Source: Myxococcales bacterium (GTDB lineage Bacteria > Myxococcota_A > Polyangia > Haliangiales > J016). Taken from it: a stretch of DNA of 37,977 nt. Shown here piece after piece: positions 20,510 to 29,275 of the stretch; within the stretch, counting starts at the first letter, position 1; the number at the start of each line of letters is the position of its first letter. A program made the position numbers and the translations under genes. The stretch covers positions 18,417 to 56,393 of the forward strand of contig JABAAV010000002.1 of NCBI GenBank assembly GCA_014238595.1. The letters run 5' to 3'. The notes beneath the pieces were generated by a model. The model was not told the origin of the DNA. It ran no database searches and saw only the letters and a list, made by a program, of their open reading frames with translations.

Positions 20510-21904
20510 TTGCTCTATGGTCTTCTAAGGTTTGTTGAGCTACTTCGCTCAAATGGCATTCGTATTTCTACACAAGAATGTATGGATGCAAGCAATGCCG
20601 CAGCCCTGATTGATGTTGGAAATCCGCATTGTATTCAATCCGTATTGCAGACAACTTTAATCAAACGTTCTGCAGATAAGCACACATTTTACGAATTGTT
20701 CGATTTGTTTTTTCATCAAGGCTTGTCTGTTCAAATGGATTCTTCTCCATTGGTGTCTTTGCTTCGAGATGCAGGGTTGAGCACTGAAGCTATCGAGAAA
20801 ATTCTTGCTCGTATTGCTGATGAAGTCAATTCTCTGGATCAAACAGCTCGGATGTTAATAGGCATGCGAACATTGACACCCGAAATTTTGATTCGTTCTG
20901 CCAATTATAATTTAGAACATATTGGGTCTCCATTACAGGCGGGATATCATACACATGCTCTGATTAAGACGCTCAATATTCATGACGCGCTTGATAAAAT
21001 AAATCGAATGTTGACATTGCTGTTGGATGGCATGTGTTTGTCTCCACAAGATGTCTCTGCTATTCAAGGGATGGTTGGCCAAAACGTCGATCGATTACAA
21101 GCGTCTGTACGTCAATATATTCAACAGGAATTTGAAAAACAACATGAAAAATTTATTCGAACATCTTCATCGCTTTTAGAGAAGCCATTATTAGATTTGA
21201 ATGACAATGAGACAGAAGCCCTTAATGACGAGGTAAAGCGTTTTATTATCATGCTCCGAAAAAAAACAAAGACCCGTTGGAAAAAACAACATAGAGGACG
21301 GCTTGATTTTCGTCATTTGCTTCGAAATTCAGCTTCAACTTTAGGTGTTCCAATGACGCTTAGATTTCATCATCGTAACCGCACAAAACCAAGGCTTTTG
21401 GTTTTATGTGATGTTTCGGACTCTGTGCGGAATGTCGCACGATTTATGTTGCAGTTTTCTTATGCACTCCAAGATAGATTTGATCATGTCTATTCTTTTG
21501 CGTTTGTTTCCGAACTTGTAGAAACAACAATGTTATTTCAAGAATCTTCTGTTGAAGAGGCTATCAATAACGTTTATCAAGGAGGGGTTGTTAATGTTTC
21601 TTCAAACTCTAACTATGGGCGTGTATTTAGAGATTTCTTTGACAATCACATTGGGAAAATCAATAAACAAACAACAGTAATGATTATTGGGGATGGAAGA
21701 AACAATTATCACCCAAGTCATAGTGCTGTATTGTCAGACATACGCCGTCGCTCAAAAAAAACACTGTGGATAACCCCTGAATTACCAGAAAAATGGAACA
21801 CTGGTGATAGTATGATGTATGAATATACATCCTATTGTGATCGAACGATTATTGCGTATAATCTCAAAACGCTATGTATGGAGTTGAGCGAACTCAATCT
21901 ATAA
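20510..21904 (+). CDS. VWA domain protein, CoxE-like
   Basis: 464 aa with a TTG start. C-terminal VWA fold with a MIDAS-like LLVLCDVSDSV and later IIGDGRNNY. Confidence 0.75.
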   Translation: MLYGLLRFVELLRSNGIRISTQECMDASNAAALIDVGNPHCIQSVLQTTLIKRSADKHTFYELFDLFFHQGLSVQMDSSPLVSLLRDAGLSTEAIEKILARIADEVNSLDQTARMLIGMRTLTPEILIRSANYNLEHIGSPLQAGYHTHALIKTLNIHDALDKINRMLTLLLDGMCLSPQDVSAIQGMVGQNVDRLQASVRQYIQQEFEKQHEKFIRTSSSLLEKPLLDLNDNETEALNDEVKRFIIMLRKKTKTRWKKQHRGRLDFRHLLRNSASTLGVPMTLRFHHRNRTKPRLLVLCDVSDSVRNVARFMLQFSYALQDRFDHVYSFAFVSELVETTMLFQESSVEEAINNVYQGGVVNVSSNSNYGRVFRDFFDNHIGKINKQTTVMIIGDGRNNYHPSHSAVLSDIRRRSKKTLWITPELPEKWNTGDSMMYEYTSYCDRTIIAYNLKTLCMELSELNL

Positions 21905-21922
21905 TTTAAAGGAAACTGTATT

Positions 21923-22438
21923 ATGCCAATTATTCATTCGTTTGAAGGAGTTTCTCCGACTATTCATGACACTGTGTTTCTTGCAGAAAATGCATCCATT
22001 ATTGGGGATGTTCATATTGGACGCGAATCTTCGATTTGGTACGGAGCCGTGATTCGTGGTGACGTGTATTACATTCGGATTGGGGAACAAACATCCATCC
22101 AAGACAATACAGTGATTCATATTACCGATCAAAAACACGAAACTATTGTAGGCAATCGGGTTACCGTTGGACATTCTGTAACGCTTCATGGCTGCCATGT
22201 TGGAGATCGAGTCATTGTCGGTATGGGATGTACGATTCTAGATCAAGCCATTATTGGTGATCAATGTATTGTTGGTGCAGGTGCGTTAGTTCCCCCTGGA
22301 TTAAACGTTCCTTCGGGCCATTTGGTTGTAGGGGTGCCAGCTCGTGTTAAACGTCCTTTGACGGAACAAGAGAAAGAACAGATAGATTGGAATGCCGCAC
22401 ATTACGTTAGTTTGACGAAACGATATGAAACGAAGTAG
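21923..22438 (+). CDS. gamma-class carbonic anhydrase-like hexapeptide-repeat protein (YrdA/PaaY family)
   Basis: 171 aa. Left-handed beta-helix repeats (IIGDVHIGRESSIWYGAVIRGD, VTVGHSVTLHGCHVGDRVIVGMG). Confidence 0.88.
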   Translation: MPIIHSFEGVSPTIHDTVFLAENASIIGDVHIGRESSIWYGAVIRGDVYYIRIGEQTSIQDNTVIHITDQKHETIVGNRVTVGHSVTLHGCHVGDRVIVGMGCTILDQAIIGDQCIVGAGALVPPGLNVPSGHLVVGVPARVKRPLTEQEKEQIDWNAAHYVSLTKRYETK

Positions 22439-22449
22439 TTTCCAATGCT

Positions 22450-23337
22450 ATGTCAGATAATAAACAACCTTTGTTAAAAGAAAATACGCATCGTATTGAT
22501 ATTCGAGCGATGGCTGAAGAAGCCAAAAACCGTCTTGCCCATTCCGATCGAGCGATGGCGACTCCAGCTGCTGCGGTCTCTGAATTTCAGTCCTCACACG
22601 CTCATTCAAAATGGCTTTGGCCCGTTGTTGTGTTCTCAGGAATTGTTATGGGTATTATGGGGGCATCTGTATTGATCAATGATTCAGAGCGCAATGATGT
22701 GCCTCCCTCAAACACTATAATAGTCAGTGCGGGTACAACTGATGCAGATAGAACGCATCAAGGTACAACACCGTTGACTCAACCCAGTATCAGGAATGCT
22801 AGACCAACGCCATCCCCTAGGGTTGCCATACCATTGACTCCAAAGTCACAGAAAGAATCTGTCAACAAACAAAAACGCCCTCGTAACAAACGAGCCGTGT
22901 CATCGAAAAATTCAAAATCTTCAAAGAAGAAAAACAGTGACATATTAATTCCAACATCAGAAAAATCAAAATCAACGAGTGCCTTGGATCGCCTTCTTGA
23001 AGAGCATTCCGATATATCAGGTGATGTTCCTGCCAAGAAAGTCAAGAAGAAGGTCAAACGTGGCAAACCCTTGTCTAGAACTCAAATCAAAAAAGTGATG
23101 CGTCGGATTGCGCCTAAAGTAAAACGTTGTGCCAAGATACATCGCAAAGAAGGACGGATTTTACTCAATATTTATGTGGCTTCTTCAGGAAAAACCAAAA
23201 AAGTCGATATTCTTAGCAAGCGATATAAGAAAACTAAGGTTGGACGATGTGTTGCTAAGATCGTTAAGCGAACGAAATTCCCTTCATTTACTAAAAAACA
23301 AATGAAAATTCGTTATCCTTTTTTGTTGGAATATTAA
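22450..23337 (+). CDS. TonB-like protein with AgmX/PglI-type C-terminal domain
   Basis: Cytoplasmic N-terminus, one TM (WLWPVVVFSGIVMGIMGASVLI), a Pro/Lys-rich linker and a C-terminal domain (RCAKIHRKEGRILLNIYVASSGKTKKVDIL...GRCVAKIVKRTKFPSF). Confidence 0.7.
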   Translation: MSDNKQPLLKENTHRIDIRAMAEEAKNRLAHSDRAMATPAAAVSEFQSSHAHSKWLWPVVVFSGIVMGIMGASVLINDSERNDVPPSNTIIVSAGTTDADRTHQGTTPLTQPSIRNARPTPSPRVAIPLTPKSQKESVNKQKRPRNKRAVSSKNSKSSKKKNSDILIPTSEKSKSTSALDRLLEEHSDISGDVPAKKVKKKVKRGKPLSRTQIKKVMRRIAPKVKRCAKIHRKEGRILLNIYVASSGKTKKVDILSKRYKKTKVGRCVAKIVKRTKFPSFTKKQMKIRYPFLLEY

Positions 23338-24167
23338 CGCTCTGAGCTTTGTTTCTTGAAGTTCGCAATTTGTTGAATGAGTTTTCTTCGATTTTGTTCA
23401 GAGCGCCATGCTAAGAGTCCCACAAGCAAAATTGACGCAAACGCGGCAATGAGTATCCATTGAAGCAATGTCTTTGATTGTGAGGCAACAACGATAGGTC
23501 CTACGGTCGTCCATGGTGTGTCTTGTGGATTATGTTGAATATCAACAGATGGCACAGCAATAATTTCTACCATGACATGTTCCGGTGTTAATTTTTCCAC
23601 AGATGCAGCAACCAGATTGGCAATCATTGCTTTGTTAATGGGGCTGTTTGTGTCATTTGATTGGGGTGAAATACGTAAAACAATCGAGGCTTGTGGTGGA
23701 GAGGATTGTTTATCTAATAGTGTTTTTTGAGCCAGTGTGACCAAAACATTCGCATCAATAACGCCGTCAATATGCTCAAGATGAGTTGCTATTTCGTGGT
23801 TAAGGGCATCTAAAAAACGTGCTTTTTCTTCTGTGCTTGTTGGGATCATTGAGGAGTTTTTGTAGAGGGCATTAAATCCTTTTTTAGGCTCTTTGGGCAG
23901 GTTTTGTTCTCGAAGAATGGCCATTGCTCTTGCGGCATGCTCTGTGGAGACATAGATCGTTGTGGAAGGTTTGTCTTTATTCTCTATGGTTTTGGCTGTC
24001 GCAATGATATTTGCTTTACCTAAGGCAGCCATGACGTCACGTGCTTGTGAATCATCCAGATTTCTAATGAGTTCTTTTGAGCATGCGACAACCAATAGCA
24101 AGCTAGCGCAGAGCAGTATCTGTAAAAACCGAATTATTATAGAATTTTGGATGAACATTGCCTTCAT
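23334..24167 (-). CDS. sctJ: T3SS inner-membrane ring lipoprotein, SctJ (YscJ/EscJ/HrcJ) family
   Basis: Lipobox LLVVACS. Collinear with remembered YscJ: ACSKELIRNLDDSQARDVMAALG, ARAMAILREQNLPKE, EEKARFLDALNHEIATHLEHIDGVIDANVLV, VPSVD, and a C-terminal TM. Starts at 24194, 24167 or 24158 are possible. Confidence 0.8.
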   Translation of the reverse strand: MKAMFIQNSIIIRFLQILLCASLLLVVACSKELIRNLDDSQARDVMAALGKANIIATAKTIENKDKPSTTIYVSTEHAARAMAILREQNLPKEPKKGFNALYKNSSMIPTSTEEKARFLDALNHEIATHLEHIDGVIDANVLVTLAQKTLLDKQSSPPQASIVLRISPQSNDTNSPINKAMIANLVAASVEKLTPEHVMVEIIAVPSVDIQHNPQDTPWTTVGPIVVASQSKTLLQWILIAAFASILLVGLLAWRSEQNRRKLIQQIANFKKQSSER

Positions 24168-24225
24168 AATCAATTGATAGATGGTGTATAACACTTATGT
24201 TTCATTAACATTGCAAGGAGCTCTA

Positions 24226-24576
24226 ATGAAAAATCAAGTATTTTATTCTGTTTTAATGACTATATTTTTTGTAACCGTTGGCTTGGGAACATATGTTCCT
24301 GTTGAAGCCGTTGCAGCCCCTCCTAAAAACCTGCAAGTGTTTCCAAAAAATACGACTAAAAAAGTTCTTAAAAAGAAAATGAAAAAAATGGCTGCTGCAT
24401 TGGATGTTCAATGTGACTACTGCCACAACACACGTAAAATGGAAGAAGACACGAAGCACAAAAAAGTTGCACGAGACATGCTACGTATGACCGCAGCTAT
24501 TAATAAGGCCAATTTCAAAGGCAAGGATCGTGTGACATGTCTGACCTGTCATAACGGTCAGAAAGAACCTAAATAG
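24226..24576 (+). CDS. dihaem c-type cytochrome, photosynthetic-reaction-centre cytochrome c subunit-like family
   Basis: AAGGAG lies 6 nt upstream of the ATG at 24226. Signal peptide, then two CxxCH motifs (CDYCHN, CLTCHNG) spaced as in the PRC-cytochrome fold. Confidence 0.8.
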   Translation: MKNQVFYSVLMTIFFVTVGLGTYVPVEAVAAPPKNLQVFPKNTTKKVLKKKMKKMAAALDVQCDYCHNTRKMEEDTKHKKVARDMLRMTAAINKANFKGKDRVTCLTCHNGQKEPK

Positions 24577-24604
24577 TAACGTGCTGTTAACGATCTCTGA
24601 TCGA

Positions 24605-24928
24605 TTAAACTTGCATTGACATGATTTGACGCAGTGCGTTGATGGTGTGTTGTGTTGCGTTGGCGATGGTGTTGATGCTCAGACTGTAGTTTTGTGTTTG
24701 AATTTGTAGGGCTAATAAATCGCTCGTATTGAGCGATTTGCCTGTACTGAGTTGAGCTAATTGATGGTGTATATTTTTGCCATGCTCAACGACATCGGTA
24801 AGATAATCCGTGGTAGTTGTGATCGCAGAAGATTGATTAAGTAATGAGGGAAAATCTGTTCGCGAAGAATGATTGGAAGATTGAATAGAACGAGAGGGTT
24901 GGATGGCGTTTTTTGTTGAGATATGCAT
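24605..24928 (-). CDS. sctI: possible T3SS inner rod protein, SctI (YscI/PscI/PrgJ)-like
   Basis: About 107-116 aa. The C-terminus QLSTGKSLNTSDLLALQIQTQNYSLSINTIANATQHTINALRQIMSMQV aligns by eye with the remembered PscI/YscI tail (ELSTPGDDPNSLMQMQWSLMRITMQEELIAKTVGRMSQNVETL). Size and proximity to sctJ fit. Confidence 0.5.
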   Translation of the reverse strand: MHISTKNAIQPSRSIQSSNHSSRTDFPSLLNQSSAITTTTDYLTDVVEHGKNIHHQLAQLSTGKSLNTSDLLALQIQTQNYSLSINTIANATQHTINALRQIMSMQV

Positions 24929-24956
24929 AAAAAGGATATCGTAATGTGACAGCATA

Positions 24957-25886
24957 ATGTTGCGTCATCTCATGCCATATTCAAATCAAAATAATCTCTG
25001 TCCCCAACGTAATGCTGTTGAATACTTTGTATCCTTAATGCCACGCGCTGCATTATTAACAGCCATATCCCGATTGAATACATCGATGCGTATAGAATCC
25101 ACGGATGCTTTGATCGAAGCGTTTTCGTTGAATTTAGCTGGATTTCTTAATGCGATGACCAAAGATTCATTATTGATTCTCGTTCAAGCCTGTCAATTGC
25201 CGAGCGAAGGTTCCGTTGAAGATCTGCGGGCACGGCTTTGGAAACATGGTGCTCATATAGAACGGGACAATTGTTCAGCAGATCAACCATTGCCCATTGT
25301 ATTGGGTGGAAAATTAATACATTTATGGGAAGGGACAGGGAGTTTTCCTGCGGTATCACAATGGCCTAGAACCATACCTTCAGAGCAGCCGATTCCTTCA
25401 AAAATACAAGAACCTGAACATTTAGAAGATTTACTGCATAACGCCAACCAATTGCTTGGCATTCGGTTAGGTGGTGCGACACAGGATAAAGGGGCGTTTG
25501 GATCACGTGTGGCTCATTATTTGGGTGTGATTGAAGAAGGCTATTCTGAATCAGATTGGCGCGGTGAAATTGAGATTAAGACACTTCCAGTCATCGTTGA
25601 TCGTTCTGGATGGTGGCGTGTTAAAGAAGATCCGGCTATTTCTATGCAGCATTGGTCGCCATGGCGAAAACTCCAAAAAATATTGTGGGTTGCCCGTGTC
25701 GCTGATCGTGATGATTCACCCATTTTAAGCTGGTATTATCAAGAATGTACTGAAGATATTCGTTTTTTCTTAAAACAAGCCCTTCATTTGCGTCCTAAAG
25801 GTGATGCAGGAGCAGAAACAAAAGGGTGGTATATTCGTAAGAACTTTTTTATTAAGTCAGGATTTCTTAAATCACTGAACGGGTAA
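24957..25886 (+). CDS. MutH/Sau3AI-family endonuclease homologue with N-terminal SAP-like extension
   Basis: The C-terminal ~150 aa are collinear with remembered E. coli MutH: [14 protein letters not shown] (MutH DKGWIGVLLEIWLG), [13 protein letters not shown] (DFAALGVELKTIPV, D..ExK), [11 protein letters not shown] (KLKRVLWIPV), LHLRPKG (LQIRPKA), GWYIRKNFF (GFYLKKNFT). The N-terminus includes [27 protein letters not shown]. Confidence 0.7.
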   Translation: MLRHLMPYSNQNNLCPQRNAVEYFVSLMPRAALLTAISRLNTSMRIESTDALIEAFSLNLAGFLNAMTKDSLLILVQACQLPSEGSVEDLRARLWKHGAHIERDNCSADQPLPIVLGGKLIHLWEGTGSFPAVSQWPRTIPSEQPIPSKIQEPEHLEDLLHNANQLLGIRLGGATQDKGAFGSRVAHYLGVIEEGYSESDWRGEIEIKTLPVIVDRSGWWRVKEDPAISMQHWSPWRKLQKILWVARVADRDDSPILSWYYQECTEDIRFFLKQALHLRPKGDAGAETKGWYIRKNFFIKSGFLKSLNG

Positions 25887-25897
25887 CGAGCACGTTG

Positions 25898-26968
25898 ATG
25901 ATGACAGATCGCAAAGACATAAAGCCAGTGGAGCCTATTGAAGAAGCCCCTGAAGAATCTTATGAAGAATCTTATGAAGAATCCGAAGATGCATCTGAAC
26001 AATCTTCTGAACAATCTATAGATGCTATTGAAATTTTAGATGATGATTCATCGATCGATATCGAAAAACAATGGGTATCTACGTCGAATTCTTCTTCAAT
26101 TGCTAAATATGATTTATTAGCAGCGTATGGATCAGAAGTGCAAAGATTTCCTTTACTCGATAGAGAACAAGAGCATGCGTTAGCAGTTCGTCTCTATGAT
26201 GATGGCGATCAAGACGCCGGAAAAATGCTCGTTCAAAGCAATCTTCGCTTGGTGATGAAAATCGCATATGAATATCGTCGTGCTTATCATCATCTTTTAG
26301 ATTTGATTCAAGAAGGAAATATTGGATTGATGCAAGCCGTTCAAAAATATGATCCACATCGCGGTGTAAAATTATCGACCTATGCTGCATGGTGGATTCG
26401 TGCTTACATGCTTCGTTTTATTATCAACAATTGGCGGTTGGTCAAAATAGGGACAACGCGAGCACAGCGCAAATTGTTTTTTAACTTAAACAAAGAAAAA
26501 CAACGCCTTGAACAACAAGGATTTGCACCAGAACCTAAACTCATTGCAGAAAAACTCGATGTGAGTGAATCAGATGTGCTTGAAATGGAAGCCCGCCTCT
26601 CAGGATCAGATGCTTCTCTTGATGTTCCAGTGTTTGATGATTCTGAAGCAGAGACTAGGGTGAGCAATGTTCCCAGTGCAGAGAAACTTCGACCTGATGT
26701 GATTGCTGAAGACAATGAATTGAAAGATTTGCTTCATGAGAATCTTAAAGGATTTGGAGAAACGCTTAGCGGACGAGATTTTGAAATATTTGAACTTCGA
26801 TTACTTTCTCATACGCCTTTAACATTACAAGAGCTTGGTGATCGGTATGGTATTAGTCGAGAACGTGCTAGACAGCTTGAAAAACGAATCTTGAATCGAC
26901 TTAAAACTTATCTTGAAACACAAATGGGTAACGCCATTGATACAATAAAATCAGACATGCTGGATTAA
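25898..26968 (+). CDS. rpoH: RNA polymerase sigma factor, RpoH (sigma-32) family, with acidic N-terminal extension
   Basis: Region 2 ([34 protein letters not shown]), an RpoH-box-like QRKLFFNL and region 4.2 ([23 protein letters not shown]). Confidence 0.9.
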   Translation: MMTDRKDIKPVEPIEEAPEESYEESYEESEDASEQSSEQSIDAIEILDDDSSIDIEKQWVSTSNSSSIAKYDLLAAYGSEVQRFPLLDREQEHALAVRLYDDGDQDAGKMLVQSNLRLVMKIAYEYRRAYHHLLDLIQEGNIGLMQAVQKYDPHRGVKLSTYAAWWIRAYMLRFIINNWRLVKIGTTRAQRKLFFNLNKEKQRLEQQGFAPEPKLIAEKLDVSESDVLEMEARLSGSDASLDVPVFDDSEAETRVSNVPSAEKLRPDVIAEDNELKDLLHENLKGFGETLSGRDFEIFELRLLSHTPLTLQELGDRYGISRERARQLEKRILNRLKTYLETQMGNAIDTIKSDMLD

Positions 26969-26977
26969 GGAGTATCA

Positions 26978-27835
26978 GTGTCTTCTCAAACGCAAGGGTG
27001 CCTTTATTTAATTCCAACTCCATTAGGAAATTTGGGAGATATAACCTATCGTGCTGTAGAAGTTTTACGCAGGATTGATATCGTAGCAGCAGAGGATACA
27101 CGTGTGGCGGATCGATTGCTTACACATTTAAATATCACGGTGCCTCAAAAGATTAGTTTTTTTACGGGCAATGAACGGATGCGTTCTGCATATATTATTG
27201 ATGCCTTGAAGATGGGTAAGCATGTTGCTGTCATGAGTGATGCTGGAACGCCAACTATTTCTGATCCCGGTCAAATGTTGATCAAAAAAGCCATCGAATG
27301 CAATATTGCAGTTGTGTCTTTGCCAGGTCCTGTTGCAGGGATTACAGCATTGGTTGCCAGTGGTCTTCCCACGGATCGCTTTTTGTTTGTTGGATTTCTT
27401 CCGAAAGAAGAAGGCAATAGACATCAACAAATCGGGACGTTACGTCAAGAATCTTCCACAATGATTTTTTATGAATCACCACATCGTGTTTTGACAACAT
27501 TACAGGATATGCGTGAAGCGTTTGGATCAATGCGCAAGGCATGTGTGGCACGAGAAATCACCAAAATCTATGAAGAATATTTGCGTGGCACGATCAATGA
27601 ATTGATAGAACAGATTACTGAAAAACCTGTTCGAGGTGAATGTATGATTATCGTAGAAGGTTGTGATGACGATGTTAATACTGTTTGCGTTGAAGACGCT
27701 ATGAATGCCTTGTTAAAAGATGGTGTTGGATTGCGTGATTCAGCCGCAAGACTTGTTATTGTGACAGGAAAATCTCGCCGTGAATTGTATCAATTAGCAT
27801 TATCGCTTCAAAGGAAGCATGATTCATCAACATAA
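26978..27835 (+). CDS. rsmI: 16S rRNA (cytidine1402-2'-O)-methyltransferase
   Basis: GTG start 6 nt after AAGGAG. LYLIPTPLGNLGDITYRAVEVLRRIDIVAAEDTR and MSDAGTPTISDPG. Confidence 0.92.
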   Translation: MSSQTQGCLYLIPTPLGNLGDITYRAVEVLRRIDIVAAEDTRVADRLLTHLNITVPQKISFFTGNERMRSAYIIDALKMGKHVAVMSDAGTPTISDPGQMLIKKAIECNIAVVSLPGPVAGITALVASGLPTDRFLFVGFLPKEEGNRHQQIGTLRQESSTMIFYESPHRVLTTLQDMREAFGSMRKACVAREITKIYEEYLRGTINELIEQITEKPVRGECMIIVEGCDDDVNTVCVEDAMNALLKDGVGLRDSAARLVIVTGKSRRELYQLALSLQRKHDSST

Positions 27836-27858
27836 AAGATGGATTGTGTTACGGTTTT

Positions 27859-29265
27859 ATGGTGAATGTTGAGAAACAAAAATTACTTCGTTATCTTCCT
27901 AAGATTGATGATCTGTTATCCCTAGAGATTGTCAAACAAAAAAAGGCACCTCATAAGATTGTTGTAGAAGCGATTAGAAATGTTATTGAATCTTATCGCA
28001 ATGCTATTTTATGCGGAGATATGACCGATGTTATTGTTGATGCTCATGACATCGTCAATGAGATTGATAAAATCTTACAACCATCGTTACGTAAAACAAT
28101 TAATGCTACAGGTGTGATTCTGCATACAAATCTAGGTAGAGCTCCATTGCCACTCCAATCGATCGAATCTGTATCCGAGATTTCTTTAGGTTATGGAAAT
28201 CTTGAATATGATCTTGAAAAAGGTCAACGTGGATCGCGTCACGATCATATTGCTTCGTTGTTATGCGCCATCACAGATGCTGAAGATGCTGTTGTGGTTA
28301 ACAACAATGCCGCAGCTGTATTGCTTGGATTGGCCGCATTAGGTCGTCAAAAAGATGTTATTATTTCACGTGGAGAATTAATTGAAATAGGTGGATCATT
28401 TCGTATTCCTGAAGTGATGGCTATTTCGCGTGCGAATCTTGTTGAGGTTGGTACAACGAACAAAACACATCTTAAAGATTATAGTGCTGCGCTATCTACA
28501 GACACATCGTTGTTGTTGAAAGTACATCGATCAAATTTCTCTATTGAAGGATTTACATCAGATGTCGATGTCTCTGATTTAGTTGAATTGAGCAAAGGTC
28601 ATGCCATTGATGTGATGGTTGATCTGGGTTCAGGCATGCTCCTTTCACAAGAGGCGTTAAAAAAAGCAAAGCTGCCTATTGAACTGGATGTATCAAGTTG
28701 CATTAATTCAGGGGCTTCGCTTGTTACGTTTTCGGGTGACAAATTATTAGGAGGACCACAAGCAGGTATCTTAGTAGGAACAAAAGCTTGTATTGAGCAG
28801 GTACGTTCACATCCTTTAATGCGTGCACTTCGTCCAGATAAAATGACATTGGCAGCATTGTATGCTGTGTTATCGTTGTATCATCAAGGCAAAGAGCGAG
28901 AGATCCCTACAGTGTCCATGTTGCTGATAGACAAAGATTCATTGCATGTAAAAGCACAAAAGTTATATCAACACATTATAAACAACGGACATGTCCCAGA
29001 GTTTGTCTCGATCGATATCATAGAATGTATATCTAAGGTCGGTGGTGGTGCAATGCCTCAAGCATCCATGTCATCATGGGGGATAGCAATACGTTTTGCA
29101 AAAACTTCTGCGATTAACATTTCTTCTTTAGAAAAAAACATGCGTACTTCACAGACCTCTGTGATTGCGCGTATTGCAGATGATGCATTGATTTTAGATG
29201 TTCGTACCATTTTTGAAGATGAATTTGATTGTGTCTGTGACGCACTTGCCAATGCATGGAGTTAA
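27859..29265 (+). CDS. selA: L-seryl-tRNA(Sec) selenium transferase
   Basis: NATGVILHTNLGRAPL, NNNAAAVLL, SRGELIEIGGSFRIPEVM, VHRSNFSIEGF and FSGDKLLGGPQAG (PLP lysine context). The track start at 27844 is a TTG. Confidence 0.9.
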   Translation: MVNVEKQKLLRYLPKIDDLLSLEIVKQKKAPHKIVVEAIRNVIESYRNAILCGDMTDVIVDAHDIVNEIDKILQPSLRKTINATGVILHTNLGRAPLPLQSIESVSEISLGYGNLEYDLEKGQRGSRHDHIASLLCAITDAEDAVVVNNNAAAVLLGLAALGRQKDVIISRGELIEIGGSFRIPEVMAISRANLVEVGTTNKTHLKDYSAALSTDTSLLLKVHRSNFSIEGFTSDVDVSDLVELSKGHAIDVMVDLGSGMLLSQEALKKAKLPIELDVSSCINSGASLVTFSGDKLLGGPQAGILVGTKACIEQVRSHPLMRALRPDKMTLAALYAVLSLYHQGKEREIPTVSMLLIDKDSLHVKAQKLYQHIINNGHVPEFVSIDIIECISKVGGGAMPQASMSSWGIAIRFAKTSAINISSLEKNMRTSQTSVIARIADDALILDVRTIFEDEFDCVCDALANAWS

Positions 29266-29275
29266 ATCGACACCA

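Noticed and set aside
24226-24576. Evidence of photosynthesis from the reaction-centre cytochrome c subunit-like protein.
   Set aside because: Only a small two-haem domain of that fold is present. No puf, puh or bch genes are in the window, and this domain family is common in non-phototrophs.
23334-24955. A functional type III secretion system.
   Set aside because: Only SctJ and a putative SctI are present. No ATPase, export apparatus, secretin, needle or translocon genes occur in the window, so it is reported only as an orphan module.
26404-26715. Antisense ORFs inside long genes. Examples: 26404-26715, 22779-23066, 35634-35930, 31587-31817, 10628-10900 and 4602-4965.
   Set aside because: They lie fully within well-supported conserved genes on the opposite strand or in another frame. 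Their composition is low-complexity or skewed, and no family is recognisable. They are typical shadow ORFs.
27859-29265. Selenocysteine recoding (in-frame TGA) within this window, prompted by selA.
   Set aside because: There are no adjacent same-frame ORF pairs split by TGA and no unexplained coding gaps. Any selenoprotein genes must lie elsewhere.
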